A stretch of 53,402 nt of DNA, filler included, from Sluysia triapertura (Eukaryota), in assembly GCA_046118255.1 (NCBI GenBank). It is 4 parts of 4 records of this genome, joined end to end, with 100 filler letters (N's around TTAATTAATTAA, not from the genome) between each part and the next. Parts side by side here need not be neighbours in the genome. Positions count along the whole stretch, not along the records: positions 37,388 to 53,402 come from JBJNIA010209702.1; 3 more parts are not named here. One strand, given 5' to 3'. The notes beneath the pieces were generated by a model. It was not told where the DNA came from. It saw nothing but the letters and a program-made list of their open reading frames with translations, and did not search any database. Shown here one piece after another: positions 37,388 to 52,751 of the stretch. The translations under genes were made by a program, and so were the position numbers. The first letter of the stretch is position 1, and the number at the start of each line of letters is the position of its first letter.

Positions 37388-38247
37388 AATTTTCTCTATT
37401 TGGATAATTTTTATAATTGTATTAAACTTCACTTCTATACAGGTTATATTTAATCATGTTTTAATGTAATTTTTTTTAAATTTGATATAACAATATTCTC
37501 TCAATCTTTAATTTAAGTTAACTTTGATCGAAAATAATGTTATTAATTTTCGATTGCACAGTAGTTTTACTCAACCTCAATTTAATATAATTTTAACTCT
37601 CATGCAAACAATATTTATGTTCTTAAAATTTAATGTTATATTGTCTTTATAGAATCTCACTTTAAAATGATTAATTACTTTATGTTAATCAAAACTAATT
37701 GTTATCTGTTATCAAACTTTGAATTTATATCAACTCTATTGAATCTCATTTTAAATTGACAAAAGCACTATAATCTTAATGAAAATGATTTTAATTTTTT
37801 AGTGGAATTTAATAAATATTATGTTACAAATATAATAAATTTAATTTTATAACCGTACACCAAAATATTTATATAAAATTTAATAATAAATATTAATATT
37901 ATCCGTTATTCAAGAAAAAGAAACAAGAATTACATAGAAAAATAAATTGTTACAAGTCAAAATATAACAAAATAAATCTTATGACAAATAATTACTGTCT
38001 ATATAAATCTAAAACTGATTTTAATTTTTAACCTAAATAATGTTACTGTGCAACATTGTATCTATTAATTGTTATCTTTTAAGTGTTTTAATCATTGTTT
38101 GTACAAAAATGTAAATAAAACTAATTAAATAAAAATAATAATATAATGTAATATATAGAAAAATTTCATTGAATTTTATTGGCTTACTCTGATTGAATAA
38201 AAATAGTATTTCATTAAAATTATTTCATTATTAATGTAAAACAAATA

Positions 38248-38575
38248 ATGATTTGGTGGTATTATTTGATCGCATTAATAATATTTTCTATTTCGAATAT
38301 AAATTGCAATAATACCATGTTAATATATAAAAATGAATATTATCCACGAAATGGAACCTGTGCGAATTTTTGGTATAAGATAGAGGGAGCTGCTGTTGAA
38401 TATGAAAATATTGATTTACCATTTACTAATTTAGAAAATTGCAAGGATATGTGTCTAAGAAATCCTGAATGTCATAGTATTGATATGGGTTTGTCACAAT
38501 GTTACCTGAACAAATATTCCGATAAATACAAATATTATAATTCTTACACACTTTATGTACTAATGTGTTTAAAAG
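38248..38575 (+). CDS. Exon 1 of a secreted/surface protein: signal peptide plus PAN/Apple domain
   Basis: MIWWYYLIALIIFSISNINC signal; LENCKDMCLRNPECHSIDMGLSQCYLN PAN core with an outer Cys pair; phase-1 donor G|GTTAAT. Confidence 0.88.
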
Positions 38576-41500
38576 GTTAATTTAATTCAATATTTTAAAA
38601 TTATTAAATTTATTAAAAAATAATATAAATTCTTATTGAATAATAAAAGAATAAATATTTTTACCCATATTTACAGAAACTATAATAGATAATTTAAAAT
38701 AGATAATTTTTATTGAAATTTAAACATTAAAATTGTTAAAATATGTCAGTGATATTACAACAGTCACAGAAATATTAATAATAATTTTTATAGTGATAAT
38801 ACCTTTTACTAAATTAGTAATCAGAAGCCTCAGACCACGAAATTATTCATTGTATCATATTATATTAATTATATTATAATATATTTTTCATTATATTTTG
38901 TAATCTATTTATTTAGTTGCTGATTATAGATTGTTGTAACACATATCATATATATAACATATCACTTATCTTATTATCACTGTGCATTCTGCATAAATAT
39001 TCATTCGGATTTACTCAATTTTTATTATCTCAAAGCGATATTCAATACTCCGTTAATATAAGAATTTAGATATTACTAAGATGATTTAAATTATTCTCAC
39101 TTTTATTTGTAGCAAGTGTAATTCTTTAAGACAGATCCCATTTTTAATTGAAATATTATTCTTGCTGATTCATTTATTACTAATTTTAAAATTTTCACTT
39201 TATTGTATGTATTTGAGTACAATATACATTTAGTAAAATTTATATTATTAGAGAGCAACTAATTTTGTCCTATTTTTATTAATAAATATTATATTAGATG
39301 ATATTCTCTTCAATTAGTATTTACACTATTTTACAATATTGTCATTAATATTTTCTTTATTAGTTTTACGAGGTGAAAATGAAAATACATAGTTAATTAT
39401 GATGGACAATGAGTTACATGTAATAAAACTAAAATTTTCTGACAATTCAAACAACAAAGTGCATTGTAATAAAATATGTGGCAATATAAAGAAGTAAGTA
39501 AATTTCAGTAATAATAGTTTAATTGTTATTTTACGAATCTAACGAGAAATTATCTGTTCCACGTATTCGTCTGATTCAATTTAGAGAAAGTTAAAAAACT
39601 TCAAATATAAAGAATGTTGCAAATGCAATAAAGGCATTTTCGAAGAAGGAAATCAAACATCTATTTACATATTTTTATCCATGATGATCTTGTTATTTTT
39701 TGTTATTGTAAGTTCATCTCATATAAGTGAGACTAAAAATTTCCTAAAAAATTGTTAAATCTTTCAAATTTTGGTAGCACAATTTTAAAATCTTTATCAA
39801 AATTCATTTCAGATGTTAGAGTAAAACCTCTAATACATTAAATTGTTTTATTTTATATCTGATAACATTACGAATTTTAATAAATGAGTTTCTTTTATAT
39901 TTTATATTTCTAAAGTATTTTCTTAAACATTTAACACTTTCGTAAAATTATAATATATTTGTGTATATATTACACTTTTATTGTAATAAAATTTGCGGTT
40001 CATATTAGACACATTAATTTAAATAAATATTTAGTCGATATGGATTGTAGCATTAATCTAGGTTTATAAGGGGACGCTCTGGACAGAATAACCAATAGCT
40101 ATTAAAGGTTTCGTTTTGAGTCGTATTTATTGCTAAGTCCTAGCTCAGACATAAAACGATCCCATAAGTGAGATCAGTAATTTGTTCTACAAAGAGAAGA
40201 ACAAAAATGGCAACACAATCTAAATTTACTTCAACTTTCTGTTAAGATTTATTTCAATCTCAAAGCCGAATAATAATAATTGGGGAAAATTTCTTTTAAC
40301 GTCTATCCAAAACTTCACTGTAATGTTGACTAACTTGGCATTTGCGAACATAATAAAATCTTTTTTTATTACTAAAAATATATTCTTTTAATAATTAATG
40401 GAGCAAGATCTATCCGAATTAAGATAAAACATAATTAACTAGATTATTAATTATAAAACAAATTTGAAGAACATAACAATAACATGAAATGTAATAAGAA
40501 TAAAATATAAATTGATCATTACAAGATTTCTACAAAATGTTATTTGAAATAAAAGACGTGCTTTAAGCATTTTCTACGCATTTTAGCTACAAATGATATT
40601 CAAGTGTATATCTCTTTAAACCTGTTTCTCGCTGATTATATATAATTGAACTGATAACGATGGTCGATGAACAAATTTCAGTAGACATATTTAGGTTGAA
40701 ATCAAAAAGCCTAACTGTTAATTATAGTAGTTTTCCGTTTAAAAATTTATGAAATTATTTTTAAAATATGTTATTGGTTTCAGCAAAATTTTATTACTTT
40801 TATTAAAACCAAAAAAAGAAGGACTTAAGGTCCTTTAAAAAACATGTCATTGAATTGAATAACAAACAAGAATAATTAATTCCATTTATTAAACAATTAA
40901 TACAAATAAAAACACTAAAAAATTTGTTATAAAAATCAAAACTAGTTAAAATTTTCAACTTTATAAAATTATTGAAACCTAGCCCACAGTAGAATTTCCA
41001 ACTAAAACCTTGTTCGCAAGAAGTGATTGCATTTCCTTAAGCAAAGTAAAATTTTCTTAAATCAAAGGCATTTTGACTTAAACATGAAACACAAAGCTTA
41101 ACAATACATGCTCGGGTAAAACTGTAGTGAGATTCTTGATTTTTTTGAACTAGTTTAGCCGCCTTCCGTTCCTTCAGCTTCGCTTTTAGTTTAGCACAAC
41201 TTAAAGGCAATTTATTTTGAAAATCATCATCGAACAAAATCCCGTTTTTTGAATATTTAAAATAAAAGTAACTTCATTTACATTATCTAAATTATTTTTA
41301 GTATTAACTTGTTCAAAGTCTACAACGCGTGCTTTGACGTTTTTGTGTGACCTATTCGTGGCTCTACTTTGTAACATTTATATTTTCTTAAAAGTTCATG
41401 TGAACTTATGGTAAACATAAAAATATTTCTTCTGAAACACTTTCTGTGGACTCTAATTGACAATAATTAAAATGAAAATATGAATTTAGTTTTACAAATT

Positions 41501-41899
41501 ACTTTTAAATTTTAATATTAAAACAAAACTTTAGAAGATAAAATATATATATGAAATTTCTTTTAAACTTTCTTGTATTTAAATCTTGTTTTGTTTCTTT
41601 TTCCTATGACTTATTTAAATATTCTTTTAGTTTTCTGTCCTCTTTAAATATTGAACAAATTTTGCCTTTATAGATTCCGTGGATATTTCAGAAATATAAC
41701 AGTGTTTCTTGCTGTATGACAAATATATAGTACAACAAAAACAATAAAATGATAATCACAGTAGGACAGCAACAATGTGACCCGTAGTGCGTTATTGGAG
41801 ATGGGATCACATTAGATCAAAAAAGAAAACGTATTAGTTTATTATGATTTTAGGGTGATTGCATTAATTTTGTTGTAAAATTTTATGTTTCGAAGTTTT

Positions 41900-42410
41900 A
41901 TGCTTATGTTAAAAGTGGTAAATTAATAATCTGTGAGCTGAATTTGGCGTATGACGAAATGTTAGTAATAGAAATTGTTGTTGGAGTTTGCGTATGTTTT
42001 AAAATGTGTGAAAAGTATCAAAATGTTTTGTTTGTGAATCGTGTATAGGTTTATGTGTGGAACCAGATCGTCGTATGTGTCTCTGGCACCACAACTACAA
42101 CTTCTATTTTCGGTAATTAGAGACAATTCCCAATTTAAATTCATTCACTTGAATGTATCGATATTAATGGAAATGAGAGTATTAAGATATCAATGTGATA
42201 TCTTTGCAAATATCTAGAAGCTTTTTGTAACGAACAAAACTAGTTTCATTATTGAAAGAAGATGAGGTAATTCATTTTTGCTTATATATTTTGAAATTAA
42301 ATAAAATCGTAAATTATTCGTGGACAAGTTAAAAAGGAATTGTAATTTGTGTTTGCTGGTTAAGAAAAGTTGTAGATCTATTTAATAATACTTGTTTATT
42401 TGCATGAAAT
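41900..42410 (-). mobile_element. Decayed CR1-like LINE RT fragment
   Basis: NIDTFK*MNLNWELSLITEN resembles DLD.+..W...W.L.LN..K; strand-biased composition. Confidence 0.45.
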
Positions 42411-43169
42411 CGTGAAAACCATAGGTCCGAATGACCAGAACTTTGTTAAGCGTAAGTGAGTTTTTGTTTTATTATGCAAAACAATTGATTACTAAATAAT
42501 TGTCGCTGAAAAATGATACACAATGTATTATGTCTAATCATATGCTTATAATTTATATGCTTTTCTAAATTATTTATTTATTTATTTATTAAGTAATTTA
42601 TTTAATATAAATAAGTAAAACTATCTCATATAACATTTTCCATTCAAAATTAATGGAATTTATATATTTATGACAAATTTTACAATAAGAAATGCATTGT
42701 GAAGAATTGTAAACACCAATTGAAGAGGTTATCAAATATCAGAAAATGTATAAATAAAGATATGAATAAATAACTGTGTTTTCATTGATAACGAATATTA
42801 CATACTATCATAATAATGATTATTATACTCATTTTCATATAAAAATACAAAATTTACAATTACTATTGAATGAATTGGTTAGAATATTTGTTCATTTAAA
42901 AGGAGACCTCGTATAACACTTTCTCTTAATGAATTATGAAGGTCACCAATAAAAAGAAGTGTAAATTCAAAATCATTATGGTAATCTCTAAATACTTACA
43001 TTATGGAAATGTTGAATAAAAACAATTGTAGAAATTAAAATGGATTTGTATTATTTTAATACTACAATTATTATTTTATTTTAATACAACAATAAACACC
43101 GTGGGTACAGAGGTAATACGAGGAGTCATAAGTTATGTGCTGTTCACTTTCAAAAATAGTCAAAAGTAA

Positions 43170-43262
43170 CTGAAAGATTATGAAATATTTAAGAAGACAA
43201 TTTATTTCTATTTCAGAAATAACATAAAAAATATCATACTCTAACTACTTTTGAGTATTTAT
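43170..43262 (+). mobile_element. Diverged 3' fragment of the same LINE family as 24450-25560
   Basis: GATTATGAAATATTTAAGAAG...TTTCTATTTCAGAAATA...CTTTTGAGTA. Confidence 0.65.
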
Positions 43263-44499
43263 TTCATAATATATTTTACCGTTAATTCATATTATCATTT
43301 TAGCTAATAAATTATATATCTTTAAAATAATCCTTTTTGTGATCACATATTATTTTATGACATTAATAATGACAAATTTATATCTTTGTCATTATAATTA
43401 AATTAATAATAAATTAATGATTTTATTTATTGTTATTTAAACTATTGTTAGAAGGTTTTATTTACTTATGCGAGAAAAATATATGAAAAATTAAATACCA
43501 CTACATGAATTTTTTAAATTATGTGTTATACAATGTAAAATAAAAGATAAATTCTAGCTTCTATTTTATTTGAATGTTTTATTAATGATGTTGTCTCGTA
43601 TTCGATTTTGATAAAATTTATTCAGATGATTATTTTGTTAATAAATATTTGTTTCTTTATTATTTTGTTCTACCAGAAATAAATGCAATTTATATTATTT
43701 GTTTAATCAGTAATTATATTTACATATAATAAAATAATGATAAAAGAAATATAAATGATGGATGTATTTTGGTTTAATGCATATAGTTTACTTCTGAATA
43801 GCTATAATAATAAATGTTTAATAATTAAAAACATGATCATTATTAAAACATTGACAATACCCTCTTAGGAATGCAAACATTAAATAATAATGTCAGAATA
43901 TATTTTGCAACAATTAGTGCTATTAATTGTTAATGCTGTATTTTGAAACAATTAACAATACACTTGGAGCTTCTTGAGAGAAATATGATTTTATTCTGCT
44001 TTTTTCATCCAACAAAGACCAAACTATTTTTTTCTTTAGTTTAATTTATTTTCATGCAAAAAATTCAATAACGTACCATTTTATTTTCTTATTCCTCATG
44101 AAAATTGTAAATTAAGTTTTCTGAACAAGTACGACCGTACCTCTAACTATAATGACAATTCTTATTGTAAATATTAACAATAAATCTCTAATAGTTTTGT
44201 TGTTTTGATTAGATATTGTGTTAAATCTTTTGCTCTGTTTTTGTCCGTTCAATAGAAAATTATATTTTACTGACGATGTTTACATAATAATTAATGCAGC
44301 CTTTTGACTTTTAAGTTCTTCTTTCAATTAATCTATCACATATCGATTCACAATTAACAACAAACAATAATTTTCGGAATTATAATATTAATTATAACAA
44401 ATATGACAAAATTAAGATAAAATCAATGCAGTAAAAAATATGAAAATCAATAATTTAAATTTTGGAGAGCACAAACCAGAACTTAATAATAATTAAGTC

Positions 44500-44528
44500 C
44501 ACCTAGGCTTAGGCGCTTAATGGCTAGT
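44500..44528 (+). mobile_element. Possible Helitron 3' terminus
   Basis: Imperfect hairpin CACCTAGGCTTAGGCG, 8 nt, then CTAG followed by T. Confidence 0.4.
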
Positions 44529-46025
44529 ACGTAGGATTTGTATAAAAGTAAGTGAATTGGAGGTTGGAAATAAATTAGATTAATTTATAATGGCAACATA
44601 TAAAATGCAGAATAATATATAATAAACAAATATTATAAACTTTGAATAAACTAATACATATTTACAACACAACCATAATCATAAACACAATCATAGACAA
44701 ACAGCAATACAATTTTCATAAATAAATCTTAAACAAACTTCAACACGATAAAACACAAAATATCGAATCAACAAACATACATAAAACAGAAACGACCTTC
44801 ATACGACACAAAATAAATTCAATTCATGTTCACATCAACAGTCATAATAATGATAGCAGTACGCATTGCAATAATTACAAACTACTATTTGTAAAAGAAT
44901 AAAATACAACATTTCATTTGTAAATTTTCTAAATATTTAAATATTTTTGTAATCTAATAAAATATATTATAAATTATTTTATTTTTTACATTTTAATTTT
45001 GTAAATATTATTTTAGTTTTTACATTTTAATTTTGTGAACATTGTAATATTTTTGTAAAATATATTATCTTAAAATATTTAAATCTTAAAAATAGTATAT
45101 TTTATCTCAAAATATCTTTACAAATTTAGAATTATTTGTATGGTATTTTTATTTATAATTCATGATATTTTTATATTAATTTGATTAAGACTTTATATCA
45201 TCACGATAATAAAATCTTTTATTGCGTATGAGATAAAACATATACATAAGAACTTCTAATGAGAAAAGTAACCGAAAAATACTCATAGTGATAAGTCATA
45301 ACAGTTCAAATTATCAAATATATTCACGCGGTTTAGCAATTATCAAATCTTTATTAAGACAAAAACTCATTTGGAAAATAGTAATTGATAACACTTGGAA
45401 AATAAATTTTTCGTGGACATATTCGTTCATGAGTATTATATTCAAGAAATTTATACATTAAATGATTATCATTTTTCTAACCAATTTTCCATGATATGAA
45501 GTCGTAAGTTATTTTTATTAAGGATTGAACTATAATATTTTAGTTTCAAAATCCTAGTTAAAATCATTAATAATTTTTACAAACTCAATAATAATTTCTG
45601 ACTTAATATTATTTTTAAAATCGATAAAAGTCTAAAGCATAGATTCAGTATTAAAATTATTTATATTTTCATATTATTCTGTTGTAGTATAACAACTGCT
45701 ATTTATTGTTTAATAAGAATTAGTCGTGAATTTGTCATTAAGTAACAATGTTAGAAAGTTTATTAAAACATTGAACTGAAATTGAGTAACATTAAATTAA
45801 TATTGTATAAAGAAAACTTAGTTTTGTTCCTAATGAAAGTTCTAACATCAATAGACCTAAGCAATCTATTTATAATTTAAATATTTGTTATTGAATAAGC
45901 TTAGATTTTCCTTCGTTTTAAGGACCATCTTTACGTAAGGATATTATTCGCAGAATGACACGCAAACCCATAAAAGAATTTAATTATAATTGTTGAGTTA
46001 TTGCGTTATTACTATTGTATTGTCA

Positions 46026-46028
<3 letters not shown>

Positions 46029-46095
<67 letters not shown>
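46029..46095. repeat. (ATT)n microsatellite
   Basis: Perfect run. Confidence 0.97.
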
Positions 46096-46098
<3 letters not shown>

Positions 46099-46165
46099 CG
46101 TTTTCTTGTGCGTCTTGTAGTTATGGTTATTATTGTTATTTCTATTAATAATAAATAATATTTAG

Positions 46166-46423
46166 ATATCTCTTACTTAATTGATAAATACCATTTGATT
46201 TTAAAAAGTGATAGTTATTATAATAAATACTTTTATATCAACCTAAATAATAGTATTACGTGTTCTGATAATGCAGTTATAAAAATGAAAGTTTCTAATT
46301 ACACTTTTAAATTTTATAATTTATCTAGCATTATCATAGAACAAACACAGGATTATAAAGGAAATGTTGTGGTTACATGCGGCATTAAAGCACTAAAGAC
46401 GACTTTTGTAATAAACATTTATT
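46166..46423 (+). CDS. PAN-protein internal exon, module A1 (two-Cys beta-rich, Ig-like)
   Basis: TTTAG acceptor and T|GTTAGT donor, open phase 1-1; ...SYYNKYFYINL...ITCSDN...KGNVVVTCGIKALKTTFVINIY. Confidence 0.75.
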
Positions 46424-47822
46424 GTTAGTGATTGATCTTTTATATATCACAAATTAATATTTTATTAATTCGCATTATTTAGTAGTCTTATTAATTTATT
46501 ATTTTTTCTAATATTACTTCACATTTAGGGTGGATCTTTAACGCTTGTTGCCTTGACATAGTTTTATAGTCTTTCGAGATGTTTACAAGATTTATAAAAT
46601 GAGTACCAAGTGAAATAAAGTTAGATTGACAAAGGTGACAAAAATTCTTTAGTAATTTTGTTAAGTTCTTCGACACTCAAAATCTGTTTACAAGAATTTC
46701 ATAAAAATTTTCATAATGAAATTAATTGAAAACTTAAGATTGTTGGATCACAATAAACTTTTACTAGCCGCATAAAATTTCCGTCTCATCATATAATTTA
46801 AAATCTTTTGAAAAACTTAAAATTTAATTGTTAAGTTGTCATCGCAACCCTCTAAAATTATGTAAATTGCTCCAAAATCATTTATAAGTCTCCTAAAACC
46901 TTTAAAATAACTTTAAAAATATTCATTTTCCAAATGATTATTTTTCATAAAAAGAAAATTTACTCCTATAAATAGATTAGAAGCTTCTGGAACATTGCAT
47001 CAATTCTTATTGGTTGATGACTATTACATAAACAAACATCAGTAAAATCACAAGAAACACAATGTATTTAAATCGATTATAGTGGCCTTTTTGCTTTTAT
47101 CATTTTAGTAATTTATCATTCCAGTTTTATTCAATATTGGTGGTATAACTATTTAGAACCTGTTTTTACCATGTTTATCAAAAGTTATTTTTATTAATGT
47201 TAAAACATTAGTAACGTAAAATACATTAAAATTTTTATATTTAAAGTATATAGTACTTATGGTTAAAATCCACTCAAAATTATTATAAACACAATTAAAG
47301 ACCCTTAGCGGTTTAATTCTACTTTATTTCTGTCTTAGTTCGTCTTTATAACATAGTTTAATTTGTTTCTTTCTCTCTCTGTCTCTCTCTCTCTATATGT
47401 AGTGAATTTATTAGATTTAGTTGAAACGCAGTTAAGATTTTAGTAAATACAATAAGTAAAACGGGTTATACAAGTGAGCATTAAGTATAGACCCTCAATA
47501 AGTTATATTATTAGTTATTAAATTGTTATTTTATACAGTTACAGGAACGGCCACTCGTCATTGTAAGTCCTTTACTATAACCGGACCCTGCTCAAAAATA
47601 ATTTTCCGAAGGTTAAGTGTCAGAAAAACCACAGCATAATAATATTAAAGTTACATGATATTAAAACAAAAAAATTTAATATATTTTTTATTAATATATA
47701 TTAAATATATTAAAATTAAATACAAATAAAATTTTTATAGGATAGATAATTTTTTTAAAGAATTTATAAAAAACATTCTTTTCACTAAGGATTAGCATAT
47801 TTTTCTTAAATTTATTATTTAG

Positions 47823-48098
47823 TGAAATATATTTTTTCGAGACCACCAAATTATCCAATATTTCCGTCAAAAAATGTTACTTCACGATTGTACCTCTTTC
47901 TCGGAAATTTAATTACCTTAATTAATTTGAATTGTTCCATATATGAAATTAATAAATGTAACTTCCTATTTATCAGCAGCCATCAAAATTACACATTTCA
48001 CTATATTTCGTTAAAAAACAATACTAAAACTTGTTATTATTGTACCTTTTTTTGTATTTCTTTACACAATATTATAGAATTACGGTTATATTCTTGCA
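47823..48098 (+). CDS. PAN-protein internal exon, module B1 (Cys-rich)
   Basis: TTTAG acceptor and A|GTAAGT donor, open phase 1-1; LNCSIYEINKC...YYCTFFC. Confidence 0.8.
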
Positions 48099-48699
48099 GT
48101 AAGTTCAGTTTATTGTTATATTAAAAATTTTTGTAATATATGTTTGTGTGTTGAAAATAAATTATAGAATATCGCTTATGCAAAACAAAAATGAAATATG
48201 AAAATAAAAATAAGTAAAAAAGTAAATATCATCTATAAATGAAATAAGCATTAATTCATAGATTGCAGTTTTTATAATTGGTAATATTTTTCGAGTCACT
48301 GGATTTTAATTTTGAAGAGAGCTATCGGAAATCAAAAATCAAATGTTACTTTTTTAGTGATATCAACATTGAATTTTCCTTTAATTAAATAAATTGTTTT
48401 AATTAATATGTTGAATGTTGTTTACAAATTTACTATTATTTTTGTAATATATAATTAGCGATACACGTTTTATCTTTTAACGTGTGAAAAGATGAATGAT
48501 AGAATTGTTTTGGATATTTAAAGTATATTTTATGTAATTGTTGATTGATGAATTAACAAATTTCGACAATATAAGAAAATACGTCCTAAAATAAAGGTAA
48601 TGACACGAATAAATAAAAAGAAAGGTGTTAGTGACTAAACAGATAATGATATTTATAAGTTATTAATAAATAAACAGATTAACATAAGCTAAAATAAAG

Positions 48700-50320
48700 A
48701 AAAACATAGGAGAATTCTGGCCTCCATTGTACTTCAATGTGATAAAACGAAGTTATTAACGACAAAAAATCGATAAAAATCTTAGACTTTGGATTAATAA
48801 TCAAGAAGGACGGATAAATATAATAACAGAAAAGTAATCAAAACATTTAATAAGCTCTCATATATGCTTGGCAGTGACAACAAGTTGAGGAAGTTCAACA
48901 AATAATGTGCCTTTGATTGTAGCAAACTGAAGATTAGTGAAAATATTTTTTATTCGATACATAGGACTGTCAAAAATCGGCACCAAATCGAATCCGAGTA
49001 AAGGATACTTTATCAGGAATGAAACTTAAGAACTTCATTAGAGAGAGAATACGCAGTAAAAGTAGGTGTAGAAATTTGTATTGCGAACACCATAACCATT
49101 CTTCAATAATAGAATAATCAAACGTTCTAAAACATTTTAAAATATTATCTAATAATTGCAGAGATGCTTTCGAAACTGGTTATATAAATTTAAATAAAGG
49201 CGACAAATTAAGGTTTATGAGAAAATAATTTATAATATTAGAACCGCAGGTAATGTATTTCTAGAAGAAACGTGGATCTACGTAATATGAAGAGAAAATT
49301 TATCACAATGTTGTAGCACAGAAAACAATCGTAGTAAGCGTAAAACATTTAATGAAAGTTTTGCTATGGAGAAAGGAATCATGATGTCACAACTAAACTA
49401 GTTGACACAGAGGAATTTAATTTAATTTAACGAGTTAGATCAATTCCAAGGTCAAATTAATATATTTTAAATAGGTAAAATTCAACTTAGGAACCGGATA
49501 TTTATATCAAAAAGATTATGAATTTCCAATAGAAGAAGTGAATCGGAAACAATTAAATAAGAATAACGATTAAAATAAAGTGAAACTCTGACTATTTTAA
49601 TGGCAAATAAAGATGATGGTTTAATATTTATTTAAAAGGTTTAATAATCTTCTGCGCTAAAGAAATTACAAAAACTAATTATCTATCCAAACAACGAATA
49701 TTGCAAGCAGAAAATAGAGCGTATGCAAAAAGTGTAAAAATATGTATTTTAAAGTTAAATAAATTTTTATTCTTATCTAGGACTAATATCTTTAGAAAAA
49801 ATATATCAAATTATGGTATATGAATTTTGGTATAGAAACGAGGCAAGTAGATTAAACCGATGGTTCTTTAAACTATCGGATTCGCTTTGGAACTTTGGAA
49901 AATGGTGTTGATTTTACATCTGGATTGACAAACATAGATGATAAATGCAATATTAATTTTATACGAATTATGACGATTTCTGGCAGGTGAAAATACGAAG
50001 GAGATAATTTAACACCAAAGAGATGATAACCAAATTTCTTTTATAACAGATACCATGGCAAAATGCACATTAAATGAAAATCAATCAAAAGATTGGCGAT
50101 TACGGACAGAATGTTGAAAATTAAAATGCAAAGGATGAGTAAAGAACTATTGTTCCACAATCTTTAATTAAACCGATATTAATTCAATTCCATGATGGGC
50201 AATTGGACGACCATGTATCGACAAGGAAGATATGGAAAATGATATTAAAATAATTGTGCACTGTTTTAAGTAAAATAGAACAAGGAAAATTAAAAAATTA
50301 AGTGACTCATTAATAGTAAC
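48700..50320 (+). mobile_element. Decayed RTE-like LINE (endonuclease and RT remnants) in an intron
   Basis: Fragments ICIANT (endonuclease), NFGIETR (YG.ETW-like), AIGRP (R.RGRP-like); purine-rich sense strand, many stops. Confidence 0.5.
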
Positions 50321-50946
50321 AAAGTATAAAAAAATTCCTAAAGATATATCTTTCGCAAGAATATAAAGCTTAGACTATAGGCGAAACCGTAATAATAATT
50401 AAATTAATTTTACATAAATAAGATAAAAACCTAGCTTAACAAAGCACACTAGAGTTTGATTAAACTGAAACTTCGGAATTACTTGGCAGTACTCTATTTG
50501 TTTCATTAATAATATTTAAAAATTTTATTTGACGAAATACTTTTGAGTAGTATTTTTTATTCAAAATGAATCATATAAAAGTTTTTTGGTAACAAATATA
50601 TTTCTGCTTCTTTGTAATGGAGGACGTTCTATAAGAATTCTAATAGATTATTTATTTACTTAAACATAAACAAAGATTTATCAATTTGTGTTAAAAGGCT
50701 TCATATTTTTCTTTAACTTATTAAAAATTATATTATTTAACTTTGATATTCAATAAAGCATTTTATTCAAATATCAAATCAACTTCTATTGTTAATGATT
50801 AAAGATAATTTTAATTTAATCTATTGTAATTTTCAACAATTTCATTCTTAAGTCAGAATCTTACAATGATAATAAAATATTCGTTAAAAATTCGAATGAA
50901 ATTAATTTTCTAGTAAAATTTTTAATTGTTAAATATTTATATTTAG

Positions 50947-51177
50947 GAAATTTTACTATTCACATACATCCACCAAAGGATTATTATTATATGACTGAAA
51001 TCGTTATTGTAAGTTTGCGATTTGTTATAAAGGGAAAACACGAAATTCCAGATTACTGCATAATAGACAACTCCCGTTTCCTTAAGACTTTACCAATGAT
51101 AAATGTATCTGGTTTGCATAACATAGCTTGTATTTTAGGCTCGCTTACTGTAAATAAAAATATTAATATTTCAAAAG
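50947..51177 (+). CDS. PAN-protein internal exon, module A2
   Basis: TTTAG acceptor and G|GTTATT donor, open phase 1-1; HPPKDYYY...DYCIIDN...SGLHNIACILGSLTVNKNINISK. Confidence 0.78.
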
Positions 51178-52626
51178 GTTATTTAATATATAGAAAAAGT
51201 TACATTAATAATTAGAATGTTATATATTTGTTTAAAAAATGTCTTGTATATTTCTCATTACTTATGGACAATCTAATAAAATTAATTAAACTATTTATAA
51301 TTTCTTTTTTATTACAATTTAATTTAGTATATTCAAATGACATTAATCAACTAATTTTAGTATTATTTTGTACAAATTGTTTATCTGCTATGGTGTGAAA
51401 TGGAAATATTTCTACAGAAACAGTAAACTCAATTTTCAAGTATGGAGGACTTTGTACGCTTTATTTATATAAAGAAATTTTATCTGTTTTTGCAAATTGA
51501 AAATATTAAACTTATGAGAAGTTTTTATTGTTCTTTTCTTATCATTATATACATTTAACTTAGGCTTAATGCCTTTAACAAAAATTAATCCGAACAAAAT
51601 AAGTAAATATGACATAACGACATATTTCTATAAATATTTGTTCGAAAGTCAGTATAATTCTTGATAAATAAATAGTGGAAATGTTTGATAAATTTTATAT
51701 AATAAATACCAACTGATTTTAATAGTATAATTGACTCAGTATACAATTCTTTAAAATTATTACGAATGTGATTATGTTTTGTATGTATTGAGTAATTTGT
51801 TTAGTAATTTGTCTGTATAAGAAGTATTTATTTGTGTTGATTTTTGTGATTGCAGTGAGATGATTTAGAGTTCAAATATTTCAAGGTGAAATATTTACGT
51901 AGTTCTTTTGTAGTATATAACTTTACTATCTTCCGAAATTTACCTTACGTGAAAACGAATAATAAATGTATGCTACAGTAGCATTCTATTTTTTACTGTT
52001 AATATGCTTTTACGTTTCACATTACATGTAGGAAAAAGTATATAGGTTAAAAAGTATAATTAAAATTTAGAATAAAAACTTTAAAAATTAACTTAAGCAA
52101 ATACGCCTAAATATCAAAGGGCAGGAATATTTTTGTTACCATAATAAAAGCCAGAATCGAAAAAATTACTAATTACGAAGTTGACTCATTTAATTTTGGA
52201 ATCATTTTTGGCCAATTATTTCGACTCGATAAAGTTATTCAACAATGTATAATTTATGATATGCATGGAAAACATTTTATAAATTGGAGTTTTCATAAAC
52301 AAAAATTTTGGATTAATATTATTGCCGATATTAAACAAATCTATTTCTTAGTATAGTTAATTGAGATTTTAATTTATTTTTTATTAGACTTTTTTCTTTA
52401 ATGAGTCCAGAACTAACTTCTAATATGTATAGTCATAATAGAAACCGATTAAACTAATAGTTTTGGTACAAAATAAAATTATTCGTCACATCTTGGTGTT
52501 AAATTTTAATAATAAAAATGGTAATTCAAGTTAGTGTGGTTTAATGGTAAATTAGTTATTGTTTTGCGACCACATAAAGTCAAAATATAAATATCTTAAA
52601 GTAATAAATGTATAAAAAGCATAAAC

Positions 52627-52627
<1 letters not shown>

Positions 52628-52695
<68 letters not shown>

Positions 52696-52696
52696 T
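52628..52696. repeat. (AAT)n microsatellite
   Basis: Perfect run. Confidence 0.97.
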
Positions 52697-52751
52697 TCAC
52701 ATTTAGTTCAATGTTATCTTGAAAGACCTAAATGTTATCCTTTTTTCCCAG

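Noticed and set aside
41037-41237. Protein-coding ORF or transposase fragment
   Set aside because: No diagnostic motif or splice support
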